Shown: in pieces, positions 11,820-21,987 of the stretch
Position numbering within the stretch: position 1 is the stretch's first letter
How the letters are laid out: each line of letters opens with the position of its first letter
Assembly: GCA_000004985.1 (NCBI GenBank)
Contig: GG738910.1
Source of the DNA: Naegleria gruberi
Taxonomy: Eukaryota
Strand: one strand, 5' to 3'
DNA: 64,000 nt
Position numbers and translations under genes: made by a program
The notes under the pieces: model-generated
Databases searched by the model: none
What the model saw: only the letters and a program-made list of their open reading frames with translations
What the model was told of the DNA's origin: nothing

Positions 11820-12735
11820 ATGGCGGCAAGTCAAGAGAATTGTATTAGGAATTGTCGGACGAAAGGTTCATCATCATCTTCAGTGTGGATTAGTTTTCAT
11901 CAGGTCATCCTTTCATGTTTTTTAATTTTAGTGATGAGTAATTGTTGTTGTATTAATTTTACAAGAGCAGCAACAACACTAGTATCCATTCCGAAATGTA
12001 GTAATGCAACTGGAGGTGAAATTATTGTGGACGATATTAGTGAGTGTGTACAGTATGATCCGAATACACCTCTTGTTCCTTGTTTATTAGTGTATGTGCA
12101 ATTATTTAGAATTTAGTTTTGAATCATTACATTGAATTAATTTATTATTACTGAAAATTAAATAATTTAAATGTTGGATATTGATGATTTTGTGGAAATA
12201 TTACAGTCCTAATGAATTTAGAGTTTGTGATTTTCCATTGACATCTCCAAGTGCAAGTATTCCAACTTGTGCCTATGAAGAATTTATTGCACAGAATGGA
12301 GCTTTTCAAAATAATACCAAGTATGGATATGCTAATTGTACTGTTCTCGCTAGTATTGAATGTGTGGGACCAAGATCATGGCATCAACTATTTCCATGTA
12401 AAACGTATGTTATTTTGCTTTGAACAATATTCGAATGTTGGACAATTTACATTTTCATATTTTAATTAATAGTATTTATTCAAATTTCCAATTTGTGACA
12501 GCTTTGGTATTGTCTGTATTTGCTGGAATTTTTGGAGCTGATCGTTTCTATTTACAGCATATTGTTTTAGGGTGAGTTTTTACAATCTAATAGAATTTGT
12601 GTGGAATAACTTTATAGTGTTATTAAATTATTGACACTTGGAGGGGTTGGAGTTTGGTGGATTGTCGATATAGGTCTCCTAGTTGCAGGTATCATTGTTC
12701 CAGCCGATGGTAGTAGTTGGCAACAATATTATTAA
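11820..12735 (+). CDS. TM2-domain-containing membrane protein; 4 exons, approx join(11820..12091,12207..12404,12473..12571,12618..12735)
   Basis: Exon 1 carries an N-terminal hydrophobic signal and a Cys-rich region (ORF 11820..). GTATGT donors at ~12092 and ~12405, GTGAGT donor at ~12572; acceptors ttacag, aattaatag and tttatag. The joined product ends ...ALVLSVFAGIFGADRFYLQHIVLG|VIKLLTLGGVGVWWIVDIGLLVAGIIVPADGSSWQQYY*. This is the TM2-domain signature (G-x-DRFYLG ... KLLTLGG-GVWW-VD). An alternative intron 2 (GTAAAA donor at 12398 to acceptor at 12501) is possible. Confidence 0.7.
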
Positions 12736-12834
12736 TCATTTTGTACATACTATTGTATAATAATCTAGTTCCTAATTTATTTAATTTATCATTTTACAAA
12801 AAAAGAAACTTCCAAATAAAAACATCATCAAAGA

Positions 12835-13809
12835 ATGACTATATTACACCATCGTCATCAGCCTCACCCTAACCTCCCAACGAACAATAAGTATGATCAT
12901 CAATTATTCTTCACTTCATCATTTGGCAAATATCTCCTTCTTCTCACCTTATTCCTAATTTTCACATCAGCAGCTGCAGCAACCCTCAATTGTACCTATT
13001 CCCATTCAGATACTTCCGATTCTTCTTCCACCTCATCCAACATCTATGAATATTCATCATTGAGTCCTCCTGTGAAAGGAACTTGTCGAGGACCAATGCA
13101 TAGAACCATCTCTGCAATGAATGTAATTTCCAAGCTTAATCTCGGTTGTCCAAGAAATCAAATTCCCTACAGTAAGGAAGGAGTTTTGCAAATTCAATGT
13201 GGGGAGTGTATTCCTGGAACGAGTGGAACCAGTAACTTGTTGAATTCATTTCAATGTGCTGTCAATGAATATTGTACAGATGGTGGTAAATGTAAATTAA
13301 TTAAGGAGCATCCATTGTATGGAGCTGATTGTCCATTTGAGGTTTCTTCATCGATTGTTAGATCTGACACTGAGGGAATTGACACTTGGTGTGGAACTGG
13401 TTTGATTTGTGTTCAACATAAATGCGTCAGTTGTAGTGAGGGAGATGTTGATATGAACACTGGTGTGAAATGTATCTTGGGAGAGTGGACATATGCCTCA
13501 TGGATGGATTCCACCTTGGAGCCTTCTCCCTTATTACTTTTTGCATTATGTGGAATTACATTACTGTATGCTTTGGTCAATTGTAGTTGCAGAAGTGTGA
13601 AATTATTGAGCAAGGTTGTTGATGACTACAAAGAAGGAAAAGAACACGAATCTATTAGAAAATTAACTCAGGAATTTGTTTCAGCTCTCGAAAAGGTTCC
13701 AGAAAATTCCAATCAAGAACCAAATAATCATCAACAAGTATTATCGCCTCGAACAACTATTAAAGATGTTGAAATGGCAGATCTAACAAACAAGAAACGA
13801 AATAAATAA
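12835..13809 (+). CDS. Cys-rich secreted/membrane protein with C-terminal TM, uncharacterised (324 aa)
   Basis: ATG at 12835. Hydrophobic signal-like stretch (LLLLTLFLIFTSAAAATLN), then ~16 Cys in an ectodomain with no recognised fold, a TM segment (LLLFALCGITLLYALV), and a short charged tail. Confidence 0.45.
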   Translation: MTILHHRHQPHPNLPTNNKYDHQLFFTSSFGKYLLLLTLFLIFTSAAAATLNCTYSHSDTSDSSSTSSNIYEYSSLSPPVKGTCRGPMHRTISAMNVISKLNLGCPRNQIPYSKEGVLQIQCGECIPGTSGTSNLLNSFQCAVNEYCTDGGKCKLIKEHPLYGADCPFEVSSSIVRSDTEGIDTWCGTGLICVQHKCVSCSEGDVDMNTGVKCILGEWTYASWMDSTLEPSPLLLFALCGITLLYALVNCSCRSVKLLSKVVDDYKEGKEHESIRKLTQEFVSALEKVPENSNQEPNNHQQVLSPRTTIKDVEMADLTNKKRNK

Positions 13810-13975
13810 TAATTTCAAATCTCGTTCTTCAGTATTTAGTTTATCAGTCTTGAATGGACTAAAAATCCATTCTTCCTTATCAAAATTAGCTTTTCTTTAA
13901 GTTCCCCATACCAATTTCAAAGGTCAACCATGATTTTCATCATCACAAATAAAAATTTTTTAAAAAATTAAAAAA

Positions 13976-15058
13976 ATGCAAAATCATGTCCTGATGGGAA
14001 AGAGGACGAGTTGTGCTCGTGTGGCTGTGTACGTGCTGATGGCAATGATGGGTGCTGTTTTTCTGATCATGCTCCAGTTTATGTTGAAGGAGAGGAGCGA
14101 TAAGATGAGATCGTCTTCGGATGAAGAAAATATAATAATCAATAATGATCGAGCAATGATTATGACTACTCAGCAACAACAACAAGAAATTAAACAAGAT
14201 AAACAACAATCTATTTCGGAAAGATCGGCAACAAGTAATGGTAGAAGATCAAGATCAACTTCTTCATCATCATTAAATTCCGAATACGAATATTGGCTAC
14301 GAAATTATATTATTAAATCAGATCCACACTTGTTAGCTTGTCATAATGATATTGGATTTGGATTGATTGAGAGATGGAGAAAGTCTGAACGAGTAATTTG
14401 TGGAGATGAGAAAAATACACAAAATAGCAGAGTTTACATGTACAGAATTCAACAAACCAGACATACTGCACAGGATAATTTTGTGAGGATTAGGAATTTT
14501 GTTACTCTGACTGATGGATTTTTCTCAAATGGATTTACACAGGGCTGGTTTACCTCTGGATGTTCAATGAAAGTGGACAATTTGAAGAGTAGAGAGGGAC
14601 ATAATTTATTCCAAATGCATTTGGATAAGTGGATGGGTCAATATCAAGGAGAGAGGGCTTGTTCAAAGAAAATTAATAGGAGAGTTGTCTTTTTGCAAAG
14701 AGATGGTGAATATAACTTGTTCCACTCAATGACTGATTTCTCATCCTTGTTTGTGAATTATCTCATGATGATTTTTAAGAGAATTGAAGAGGAAGGAATT
14801 GAAGTAACTGATACTATGGAATTATTGGATGAATATGTGCAAGGTACTGATGTGGTCTATTTGGATGGTTATCAAATGGGACCATACATGCCAATTCTGC
14901 AAGCCTTTGGATCTGTATTTTCATACAGTGAATATACTCAACATTTAAAGAAGGAATATGAAGTCAAAGATAAGGATTCTATCTGCTTTGATGAAGTTTT
15001 ATTTGCCACTCCTGGTGGATCTAATTTCCTATTCAAGGACGCATGGAGACCAAAGTAA
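13976..15058 (+). CDS. GT61 (DUF563/EOGT-like) glycosyltransferase paralogue, apparently truncated: N-terminal half only, with a possible short second exon at ~15186..15327
   Basis: Type II signal anchor (VAVYVLMAMMGAVFLIMLQFML). It shares blocks with the 21988..23649 product: RDGEYNLFHSMTDFSSLF vs REQDEHVNMFHAMSDFF, and ICFDEVLFATPG vs VRFERAIFQHAG. It lacks the C-terminal HGAGLT catalytic-region motif. A GTAAGT follows the last codons (aaa|gtaagt at 15055); a 131-nt intron to acceptor 'gatag' at ~15185 would add ...ESHWTKIDPNDFVQMVRSAVLIAETFHLGPGVTATKFDVVNEHHRM*. There is no room downstream for the missing half, because the next gene's 3' end is at 15404. Confidence 0.45.
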   Translation: MQNHVLMGKRTSCARVAVYVLMAMMGAVFLIMLQFMLKERSDKMRSSSDEENIIINNDRAMIMTTQQQQQEIKQDKQQSISERSATSNGRRSRSTSSSSLNSEYEYWLRNYIIKSDPHLLACHNDIGFGLIERWRKSERVICGDEKNTQNSRVYMYRIQQTRHTAQDNFVRIRNFVTLTDGFFSNGFTQGWFTSGCSMKVDNLKSREGHNLFQMHLDKWMGQYQGERACSKKINRRVVFLQRDGEYNLFHSMTDFSSLFVNYLMMIFKRIEEEGIEVTDTMELLDEYVQGTDVVYLDGYQMGPYMPILQAFGSVFSYSEYTQHLKKEYEVKDKDSICFDEVLFATPGGSNFLFKDAWRPK

Positions 15059-15403
15059 GTATTTCTCTTCTACAAGCTGTCTCACCACACATACTAGCCA
15101 ATGTAAGGATTCTGAAGTTTTGAAAGTCTTCTCCAGGTTTATTACCAAGAGACCAGAACGAGAAGCAGGAAAACGTTGTAGATAGAGAATCACATTGGAC
15201 TAAGATTGATCCAAATGATTTTGTTCAAATGGTGAGGTCTGCTGTATTGATAGCAGAAACATTCCACTTAGGTCCTGGTGTTACTGCCACCAAATTCGAT
15301 GTTGTGAATGAACATCATCGTATGTAGAAGATAAAGAGTTGTGTTATTAAATATGATACAAATTTTACTTCAGATTTGAATTGATTCAATGATCTCCAAA
15401 TAC

Positions 15404-16747
15404 TTACAAAGTTGGACGTCCCATAAAAGTCATCCAAGAATTAATGACATCTATGCTTGTTAAATCTGCTCTATTCATTAAACCGGCTAGTTCTGGATGT
15501 TGATTAAGAGCCTCTTCACTCTGATTTTGACATTCATTAATCTCCTGAATGAATGCCTTCTTGAAAGGTTCGGGTTTTTTGAGTTTATGACTCAAAGGAA
15601 ATACAGTTTCTTTCAATGTTTTCCACATTGTATAGGCATCCTCAGGAGAGTAGGTGGATTTGGAAAGTTTGAAATGATTATGAGATAGCGCCTCCTTATC
15701 CTCACTCCATTGAATATAATTATCAGACCCTTTCCAGTTGGATAGTATTTCACAAATTTGACTTTTTAATCCACCATTCCTCAATTGTTCTACTTCTTTG
15801 TGAACACGTTCACAAAGTGCTCTGAATAATAAATTCCAAGAAGAGGATTCATGTATAGAATTCAAAATAGAGACCATATCTGCTGCTGAATAACTAAACC
15901 TTATTGAATTCAGCATCTCATTACAAGCACTGAAAATAACTGCATCACATTCGAATATCGTTGCTATTTGGGCTACCTTATAAAAATGTATGAGTGATTG
16001 CTCTGGGCATCTATTGGTGTACATTAAATCTAAAAAACTCTTTACATGTGCTTCAGTAATAGATAATGAACTTCCAAGCACAATTTGATTCTTTTTTGGA
16101 CTCTTATCGAAATACTTTTTGAAATAGTTACAAAAAATTGAAAGAAACATTTTGTGAGCTGGCAATGAGCCTTCCTTCCCAGTTGAAGTATCTTTAAATT
16201 TGATTGTAATATCAAAATCCTTCTTTTTCTTGTACAATTCCTCAAAATGTTTGAAGAGTGATGAATTTCTTTCCTTCTTTGAAAATTCTGCTGTTTTAGT
16301 GCTAAATACATACGCTACATTATCAAACACAGGTTTCTTGTGGGTAAAATCAAAAAACAGTGGTCCATTATATGGAGTAATGATTGCATGTCCAGGATCA
16401 GATATTTCATCAAGAATCTCTGCTGCATTCGCCTTACTATAGGCTGAAACCAATGAAAAATCACCATTTGGCCATCTGCAAACATATAAAGAAACTGGTT
16501 TTCCAATCGAATCATCTCCAAAACCTTCTTCATCTTCATCTCCAAACTCATCAGCATCATCTTCATCTTCGGAATCAATATCAAAATCTTCTTCATCTTC
16601 CTCTGCTATTTTTCTTTTCTTAGCCTCTTGTTCTTCATTATTTGTTTTTGTTACTTGTTGTGGTTGATCATCTTCATCTTCGTCATCACTCGATAAAACG
16701 AGCGTTTCTTGTTTTTGGGAAATAACAGGTTTTCTCTTTGGCGCCAT
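15404..16747 (-). CDS. BTB/POZ-domain protein with highly acidic N-terminal region (447 aa)
   Basis: ATG at 16745-16747. The N-terminus is a D/E-rich stretch (SSDDEDEDD...EDEEDFDIDSEDEDDADEFGDEDEEGFGDD). The central region ...FDITIKFKDTSTGKEGSLPAHKMFLSIFCNYFKKYFDKSPKKNQIVLGSSLSITEAHVKSFLDLMYT... matches BTB-fold spacing. Single exon. Confidence 0.5.
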   Translation of the reverse strand: MAPKRKPVISQKQETLVLSSDDEDEDDQPQQVTKTNNEEQEAKKRKIAEEDEEDFDIDSEDEDDADEFGDEDEEGFGDDSIGKPVSLYVCRWPNGDFSLVSAYSKANAAEILDEISDPGHAIITPYNGPLFFDFTHKKPVFDNVAYVFSTKTAEFSKKERNSSLFKHFEELYKKKKDFDITIKFKDTSTGKEGSLPAHKMFLSIFCNYFKKYFDKSPKKNQIVLGSSLSITEAHVKSFLDLMYTNRCPEQSLIHFYKVAQIATIFECDAVIFSACNEMLNSIRFSYSAADMVSILNSIHESSSWNLLFRALCERVHKEVEQLRNGGLKSQICEILSNWKGSDNYIQWSEDKEALSHNHFKLSKSTYSPEDAYTMWKTLKETVFPLSHKLKKPEPFKKAFIQEINECQNQSEEALNQHPELAGLMNRADLTSIDVINSWMTFMGRPTL

Positions 16748-17304
16748 TTTTTTGTTGTGTTTGTTTTAAAAAGTGTTGGCGGCAAAAAAAGGCTGTTGAT
16801 TCAATTATGGTTATTTTCTAAGCTTGAAACAGTTCGAGTGTGTGCTGGATTATACTAGAATGCACAGACAGACATGGTTGAAGAATGAATTCATCAAATA
16901 TTGTGCTCGCTTTAATTTTGACCAATTAAAGATTAAGGATAATGCCCGAATTATCCAATAGAAACAGCTCAAAATGACCATAAATAATATGAAATTGTTG
17001 GGTTGTGTCCATTCTATTGATTTTCTATTATCACAAAATGATCATTGAGTAATATTATTATAAAAACAACATAAATTGTTGCCTCACTTTCTACCAGCAA
17101 CAAATATTGAGAATCAAACACATTGCTTATTTTGGCCAAGTTGAACAAATTGAGGTAGTACGCACACTAACCTTTCATAAATCACTTTGAAAAACAACAA
17201 CAAGAATCAATTCCATCGCATCACATCAAGATTTTCAAAATTGTTCCCTACAAAATCAATATTGAGAGTGGTGAAATTCCAAGTTAAAAAACAACAAGTA
17301 ATTC

Positions 17305-20300
17305 ATGAGAGCTTCATCTTCGGGTGACGATTCATCCTCCACTTCGAATCTTGTTGCTCATCATTATCAGCAAAATTCCAATCATCATCATCAGCGGCCC
17401 AGTTTAATTGATCATATTTTGATGAATAATAATCAGACAAATAATAATAATTATTATCAGCAAGATAGGGAATTGGAAGAAGTTTCAACAAGTGTTGTGC
17501 AACATTATAATAATAATGGTGATTTAAATTTTCCAATTTCTTCTTCTACATCGTCGTCTTCATCCACCAATACAACAAATAATAGTCCTAATCATACTCC
17601 TTCTCCATCAACAACAAATCAACAACATATAATTAGTAATAATAGTATAATTAATTGTGAAGAAGATGAAGAATACTTTAATCGAACAACAACAAATAAT
17701 AATCAAAGTAGTAATACGAGTCATAATAATATCATACCAACTAATATTCATACAACATCATCCTCAGCCCATCTGGTGGGCGAAATTAATGTACATAACA
17801 ATAATAATAATTTAACGTCTCCTGCTGATGATCAATCAACTGATGAAGGAATCTTCCAAAAAACCAAGAGAAAGGGAGAGAACATTTTGGAAACTATTCT
17901 TAGATACTTTTGCTGTGTTTCTCACTTTTCGAGGAATAATACACAACTACTCGAATCACACAATGTTTCGAGTAGTGATTATGGAGCACATAGTTCTGCT
18001 TTCATTAAAGTATTGAAAAAGAATGATCATATTAATATAGTGAACGAGTCGAATGTTTCATCGAGGAGGAGAAGTCGTTTATCACAAGAGGCTGTCAAGA
18101 AGATTAAAAAGAAAAAGAGAATTAGACTGATGAGTGATATTGATGAGGATAGTGATAACGAGGATCAAATTATTGAGAGTGAATATTCATTTTGGATATG
18201 GTTGAAATGTTTCTTTGGAAATTTGACATTCATGTGTCATCCTCCAAAGTGTTGCACCATTTTGAATATTTTAATTATTTTGTTTATTGTTCAAGGAATT
18301 TTTGGAATTATTTCTTCCTTTATTTTACTTTATTCGAGTGGTGAGAGTGTTTTGAAACAAACAGAATCGATCCAACAAATTCAAATCAAAACCTATTCCA
18401 AGAATGAAATTTTAAAGATTGTGGACTATACAAATCTTGCGGTAGAGACAATCAAGTTTGAGATGGCCGAATCTGATTTTAATATTAACAACCAATTACA
18501 TTGGACTAAACTTTTTAATTATGTGGCTAGTATTTATGGGAATAGTATACCAATAGATGGCATATTTTATGGTAAATCGGATAATTTCTATGTAGGATAT
18601 AATAGAAACGTTCAACACACGATAAGAAATGGTACAGCTGGTAAATCCCAATGTCAATACTTTTATCGTGCTCATCTCGACACTATCATAACTGATGATT
18701 CTTACTATTATGAAAACTTTGACTATGTTGCTTGTAATTTGTCAGTTTCGAACACAAAGAGACCTTGGTACTTGCCATATACAAAAGAATCTGATGCATC
18801 AAATTCTATCAAGTGGGCCCCTGTATTCAAATCAATTTATGGAGACCAAAGTATTGCTGTGACAATACCAATCTATGTTAATCAGACAATTTCACAAGCA
18901 CTCAATCAGACAACGCTCAGATACATTCCTGTTGATACTGCTCCTTCATCAATTAAGGTTCCATCTCGCCTATATGGTGTTGTTGGATTTCAATTACAAT
19001 CTAGAGCTTTAGGTGAGCTATTGAAAAATAGCTCTGGTTCATTTGGAGAGGTTGATATGGTATTTATTACGAATCCAGATGGTGATTTAATAGCAGTCAA
19101 TGCTCAATCTGGTTCAGATTACTTTCTGTTTGCCAAATATATCATACAGGATTATAGTGAAAGAGGAGTGTTGCACACTCTCAATACCACTACTTGCCAG
19201 ATAACCAATGGAGTATTATGTTCTCTTTCTTTGGAAAAGAAATCATATTCTTTTGAAGGTGAGGCATATTCTGTTGAGCTTTTATTTGCTACAGATTTGT
19301 ATAGTCTTGGATGGGGAGTGGCAATAGCTTCGAAAGTGAAATCATTTGCAGATGAAGTAGTGACAGGCGGTGTCACTTCTGTAGTTGTATTCGTTATTGT
19401 TTTTATATTTGGTATGATTATACTCTTCTTTACCCTCAAAGCAATTAGTAATCCAATACAACAATTGTCAATAGACATGCTCAAATTGACCAACTTGAAA
19501 GATAACAAGTCAAAGGAACAGACTTTAAGTATTTTCAGTGATATCAGAGAAATGCAAATTCACATCAAGGCAATGAAAAAAGGTCTAATTACATTTTCCA
19601 AGTATGTACCTGAGATTGTTGTAGAAAAGGTAATGATCAAACAAGACTATTCCTATGGAGAGGCTGGATTAACAACACAGAACATGTCAGTATTATGTTG
19701 TGAGCTCAATCCATCCGAAATATTTAGGGAAATGAAACCTTCCGACCTGTTAGACTTGCTCAATGATTACTTTGTGCTTGTTTGCAATGCAACTCACAAT
19801 CATGGAGGATTAGTTGACAAGTTTAACACTAATGCATTGGTTTGTTATTTTAACGAGTCAACATTCCCTGTCTTGAATCATGAACAAAATGCTTGCAGTG
19901 CTGCTTTGGAAATTGTCAATCAGATAAGCGAATTAATTGAAAAGCACTCAAAGAAAACCTCCTCCAAAATATCCATCAAGGTTTCAGTCAATAGTGGAGA
20001 CATTATTTGTGGGCTATTAGGATCTAATACTAGAATGAATTTCTCCATGATTGGAAAAAATTATGACATGGCAATTAACATGCTACAAATGAATAACCAT
20101 TACAAAACCAAGGTACTTATTGGTCAAAACACCTTACGTAAGGTGAGGGAGAACTTTATTTGCTACTTTGTAGACAGTTTGGAGACTGAAAAGATTTCAA
20201 TGCCATGTTCAACATTTAAATGTACATCAAGTGGGGATTTATCAAAATATGATGAAGAGGATAATAATGGCATTTGTAATGTTTATGAATTGATTTGTCA

Positions 20301-20490
20301 TAAGGACGAAGCGACAGAACTCCACAAAAAGATTCAATCTGATTTATACCAAATCGAGTCTTTCTTAGCGAACCAACAGTATCACTATCTGTACGACAAG
20401 TGCCTCTGCGTACTATCCTTAGAAGATCTTCAGAGTGTTGAATATTTAAAATCCAAATATAAAGCCGAATTGAATCGACAGATCCTTTAA
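17305..20490 (+). CDS. Receptor-type membrane protein: N/S-rich cytoplasmic N-terminus, TM1, ~350-aa extracellular Cache-like sensor region, TM2, HAMP-like linker, and a degenerate class III nucleotidyl-cyclase homology domain (pseudo-cyclase), then a C-terminal extension
   Basis: TM1 is ILNILIILFIVQGIFGIISSFILLY. TM2 is VVVFVIVFIFGMIILFFTL, followed by AISNPIQQLSIDMLKLTNL (HAMP-like). The cyclase-homology blocks are ...MSVLCCELNPSE... in place of vLFaDIvgFT, ...GGLVDKFNTNALVCYFN... in place of GDaym, ...IKVSVNSGDIICGLLGS... in place of IrIGiHtGpvvaGvvG, and ...RMNFSMIGKNYDMAINMLQ... in place of rYdvwGdtVNtAsRmes. Both metal-binding Asp and the transition-state Arg appear to be substituted (E, N, L). 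Confidence 0.55.
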   Translation: MRASSSGDDSSSTSNLVAHHYQQNSNHHHQRPSLIDHILMNNNQTNNNNYYQQDRELEEVSTSVVQHYNNNGDLNFPISSSTSSSSSTNTTNNSPNHTPSPSTTNQQHIISNNSIINCEEDEEYFNRTTTNNNQSSNTSHNNIIPTNIHTTSSSAHLVGEINVHNNNNNLTSPADDQSTDEGIFQKTKRKGENILETILRYFCCVSHFSRNNTQLLESHNVSSSDYGAHSSAFIKVLKKNDHINIVNESNVSSRRRSRLSQEAVKKIKKKKRIRLMSDIDEDSDNEDQIIESEYSFWIWLKCFFGNLTFMCHPPKCCTILNILIILFIVQGIFGIISSFILLYSSGESVLKQTESIQQIQIKTYSKNEILKIVDYTNLAVETIKFEMAESDFNINNQLHWTKLFNYVASIYGNSIPIDGIFYGKSDNFYVGYNRNVQHTIRNGTAGKSQCQYFYRAHLDTIITDDSYYYENFDYVACNLSVSNTKRPWYLPYTKESDASNSIKWAPVFKSIYGDQSIAVTIPIYVNQTISQALNQTTLRYIPVDTAPSSIKVPSRLYGVVGFQLQSRALGELLKNSSGSFGEVDMVFITNPDGDLIAVNAQSGSDYFLFAKYIIQDYSERGVLHTLNTTTCQITNGVLCSLSLEKKSYSFEGEAYSVELLFATDLYSLGWGVAIASKVKSFADEVVTGGVTSVVVFVIVFIFGMIILFFTLKAISNPIQQLSIDMLKLTNLKDNKSKEQTLSIFSDIREMQIHIKAMKKGLITFSKYVPEIVVEKVMIKQDYSYGEAGLTTQNMSVLCCELNPSEIFREMKPSDLLDLLNDYFVLVCNATHNHGGLVDKFNTNALVCYFNESTFPVLNHEQNACSAALEIVNQISELIEKHSKKTSSKISIKVSVNSGDIICGLLGSNTRMNFSMIGKNYDMAINMLQMNNHYKTKVLIGQNTLRKVRENFICYFVDSLETEKISMPCSTFKCTSSGDLSKYDEEDNNGICNVYELICHKDEATELHKKIQSDLYQIESFLANQQYHYLYDKCLCVLSLEDLQSVEYLKSKYKAELNRQIL

Positions 20491-20922
20491 CTGTGGATTC
20501 AAAATTTCCTCAAAAAGACAATTTTCATTCTTGCTCCTTTAAATAATAGTAGTATTAGTTGTTCCTTAGTTCTGACATTGTGTGAATCAAAGCCGCTTAG
20601 TTCTTCCAAACAATTCAATGAGAGTTGATTAGCATCAAACCGGTTCGGGCTATTAAGGAACCATTTTGTGAAAAAGGATCTGTGAGCAATAAATTCAATA
20701 TCAAAAATAGAGTGGTGCATCCAGAAAAGTCTAGTCCTTAGTTCTTCAGTTCTACTCCTCCTCACTCGTTAACACCTCAAGAGTTTAAGCCAAATCGAAG
20801 CACTCTAAAAAACATTAAGAAAAAAACATTAACACAAAAATATTAAGCAGGTGCACACAAAGTACTTTTTTAACGGTTAAGGGTAACTCTCCTCTTTATA
20901 AGAATAATTGAATAAGAGAAAC

Positions 20923-21933
20923 ATGGGATCAGCACCATCAACAACATTTATTTCCTCATTTGCTGGTAATTCACTAGTGATGGATAAACAATCCATGATG
21001 GTGAGACAATTACTATTGGGTAACGATTCTAAGAAAGGTGATGTAGATGTTTCAAACCGATCGAAGACTTACTCCTTACCTAGTCATCATTCGAGTAGTG
21101 GAAGCAGTATTACACATGCCTCCAAGAGTCATGAATCTTCTCCAGTTGAGCTTTGTGAACATCATGCACCATTGCGATCAATCTCACCTACAAGAAGAAG
21201 AGCAAGTGAAAATGGTTCAATAGGAAGCAGTATTAGCTCTCTGAGTGACTCTATGGATATAAGTAAGGGAAGAGTCAAATCAATTCAATCGAATGGTGTA
21301 TTGCACTCTTATGAGTTTTGGAGTAATGAATCAATAGATTTTGAAAATTGCAGACAAGAAACTGAAATGCAAAACATCCAGATGGAAATCAAAATGAAAT
21401 CTCCAAAGCATTCAGAAAAGCATGATTCAGATTCTCTTCATCACAACCCAGAACATAAGAAAAAGAAGAAGTACAATGGATGGGTTGAAGAACCTCTCAG
21501 TCAATCGATGCATCATTCACCATCCCACCATCACTCAACTCATCACTCCAACAATCATCATTCCACAAACCACCATCACTCAACTCACCACCATCACGCC
21601 AGCAGACATGAACATCATCATTCAAATCATTCAGCTCACTCAACTACCACCTCCAAACCAAGTTCTGTTCTTTCTCCTATTACAACTCGTCATTCTCATG
21701 ATTCAAGCATTCTTGCAACTAATTCCAAACTAAGTCCACTGCATCACGAAGCACCTAATTTCAACAGTGCAATCCAACAACCATCTGTCCAACACAATGC
21801 TTTCAATCTTCCTCTCATTCCTTTCCATTTAAATTTATCAGCTTCTTGGGATCGTCAAAAAGCCATCGAGTTATATGAAAAATCAATGAAACAACATCAT
21901 GATTCTAAATCAACTCACGAATTTGGCTCATAG
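20923..21933 (+). CDS. His/Ser-rich low-complexity protein with MGxxxS N-terminus
   Basis: ORF 20908..21933 (track start is TTG; first ATG at 20923 gives MGSAPSTT...). Long HHS/HHST repeats (HHSPSHHHSTHHSNNHHSTNHHHSTHHHHASRHEHHHSNH). No domains recognised. Confidence 0.35.
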   Translation: MGSAPSTTFISSFAGNSLVMDKQSMMVRQLLLGNDSKKGDVDVSNRSKTYSLPSHHSSSGSSITHASKSHESSPVELCEHHAPLRSISPTRRRASENGSIGSSISSLSDSMDISKGRVKSIQSNGVLHSYEFWSNESIDFENCRQETEMQNIQMEIKMKSPKHSEKHDSDSLHHNPEHKKKKKYNGWVEEPLSQSMHHSPSHHHSTHHSNNHHSTNHHHSTHHHHASRHEHHHSNHSAHSTTTSKPSSVLSPITTRHSHDSSILATNSKLSPLHHEAPNFNSAIQQPSVQHNAFNLPLIPFHLNLSASWDRQKAIELYEKSMKQHHDSKSTHEFGS

Positions 21934-21987
21934 GATTGGACCGAAAATGTTGCTCTTTGTCATCAATAAAGGTCTAATAAAGAAAAA

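Noticed and set aside
14958-15185. 75-aa ORF downstream of the GT61-like paralogue
   Set aside because: It lies in the putative intron / 3' region of that gene, with no start context or domain. It is more likely noncoding.
21422-21733. 103-aa ORF overlapping the His-rich gene in another frame
   Set aside because: An alternative-frame artefact of the CAT/CAC repeat. The long frame is continuous from 20923 to 21933.
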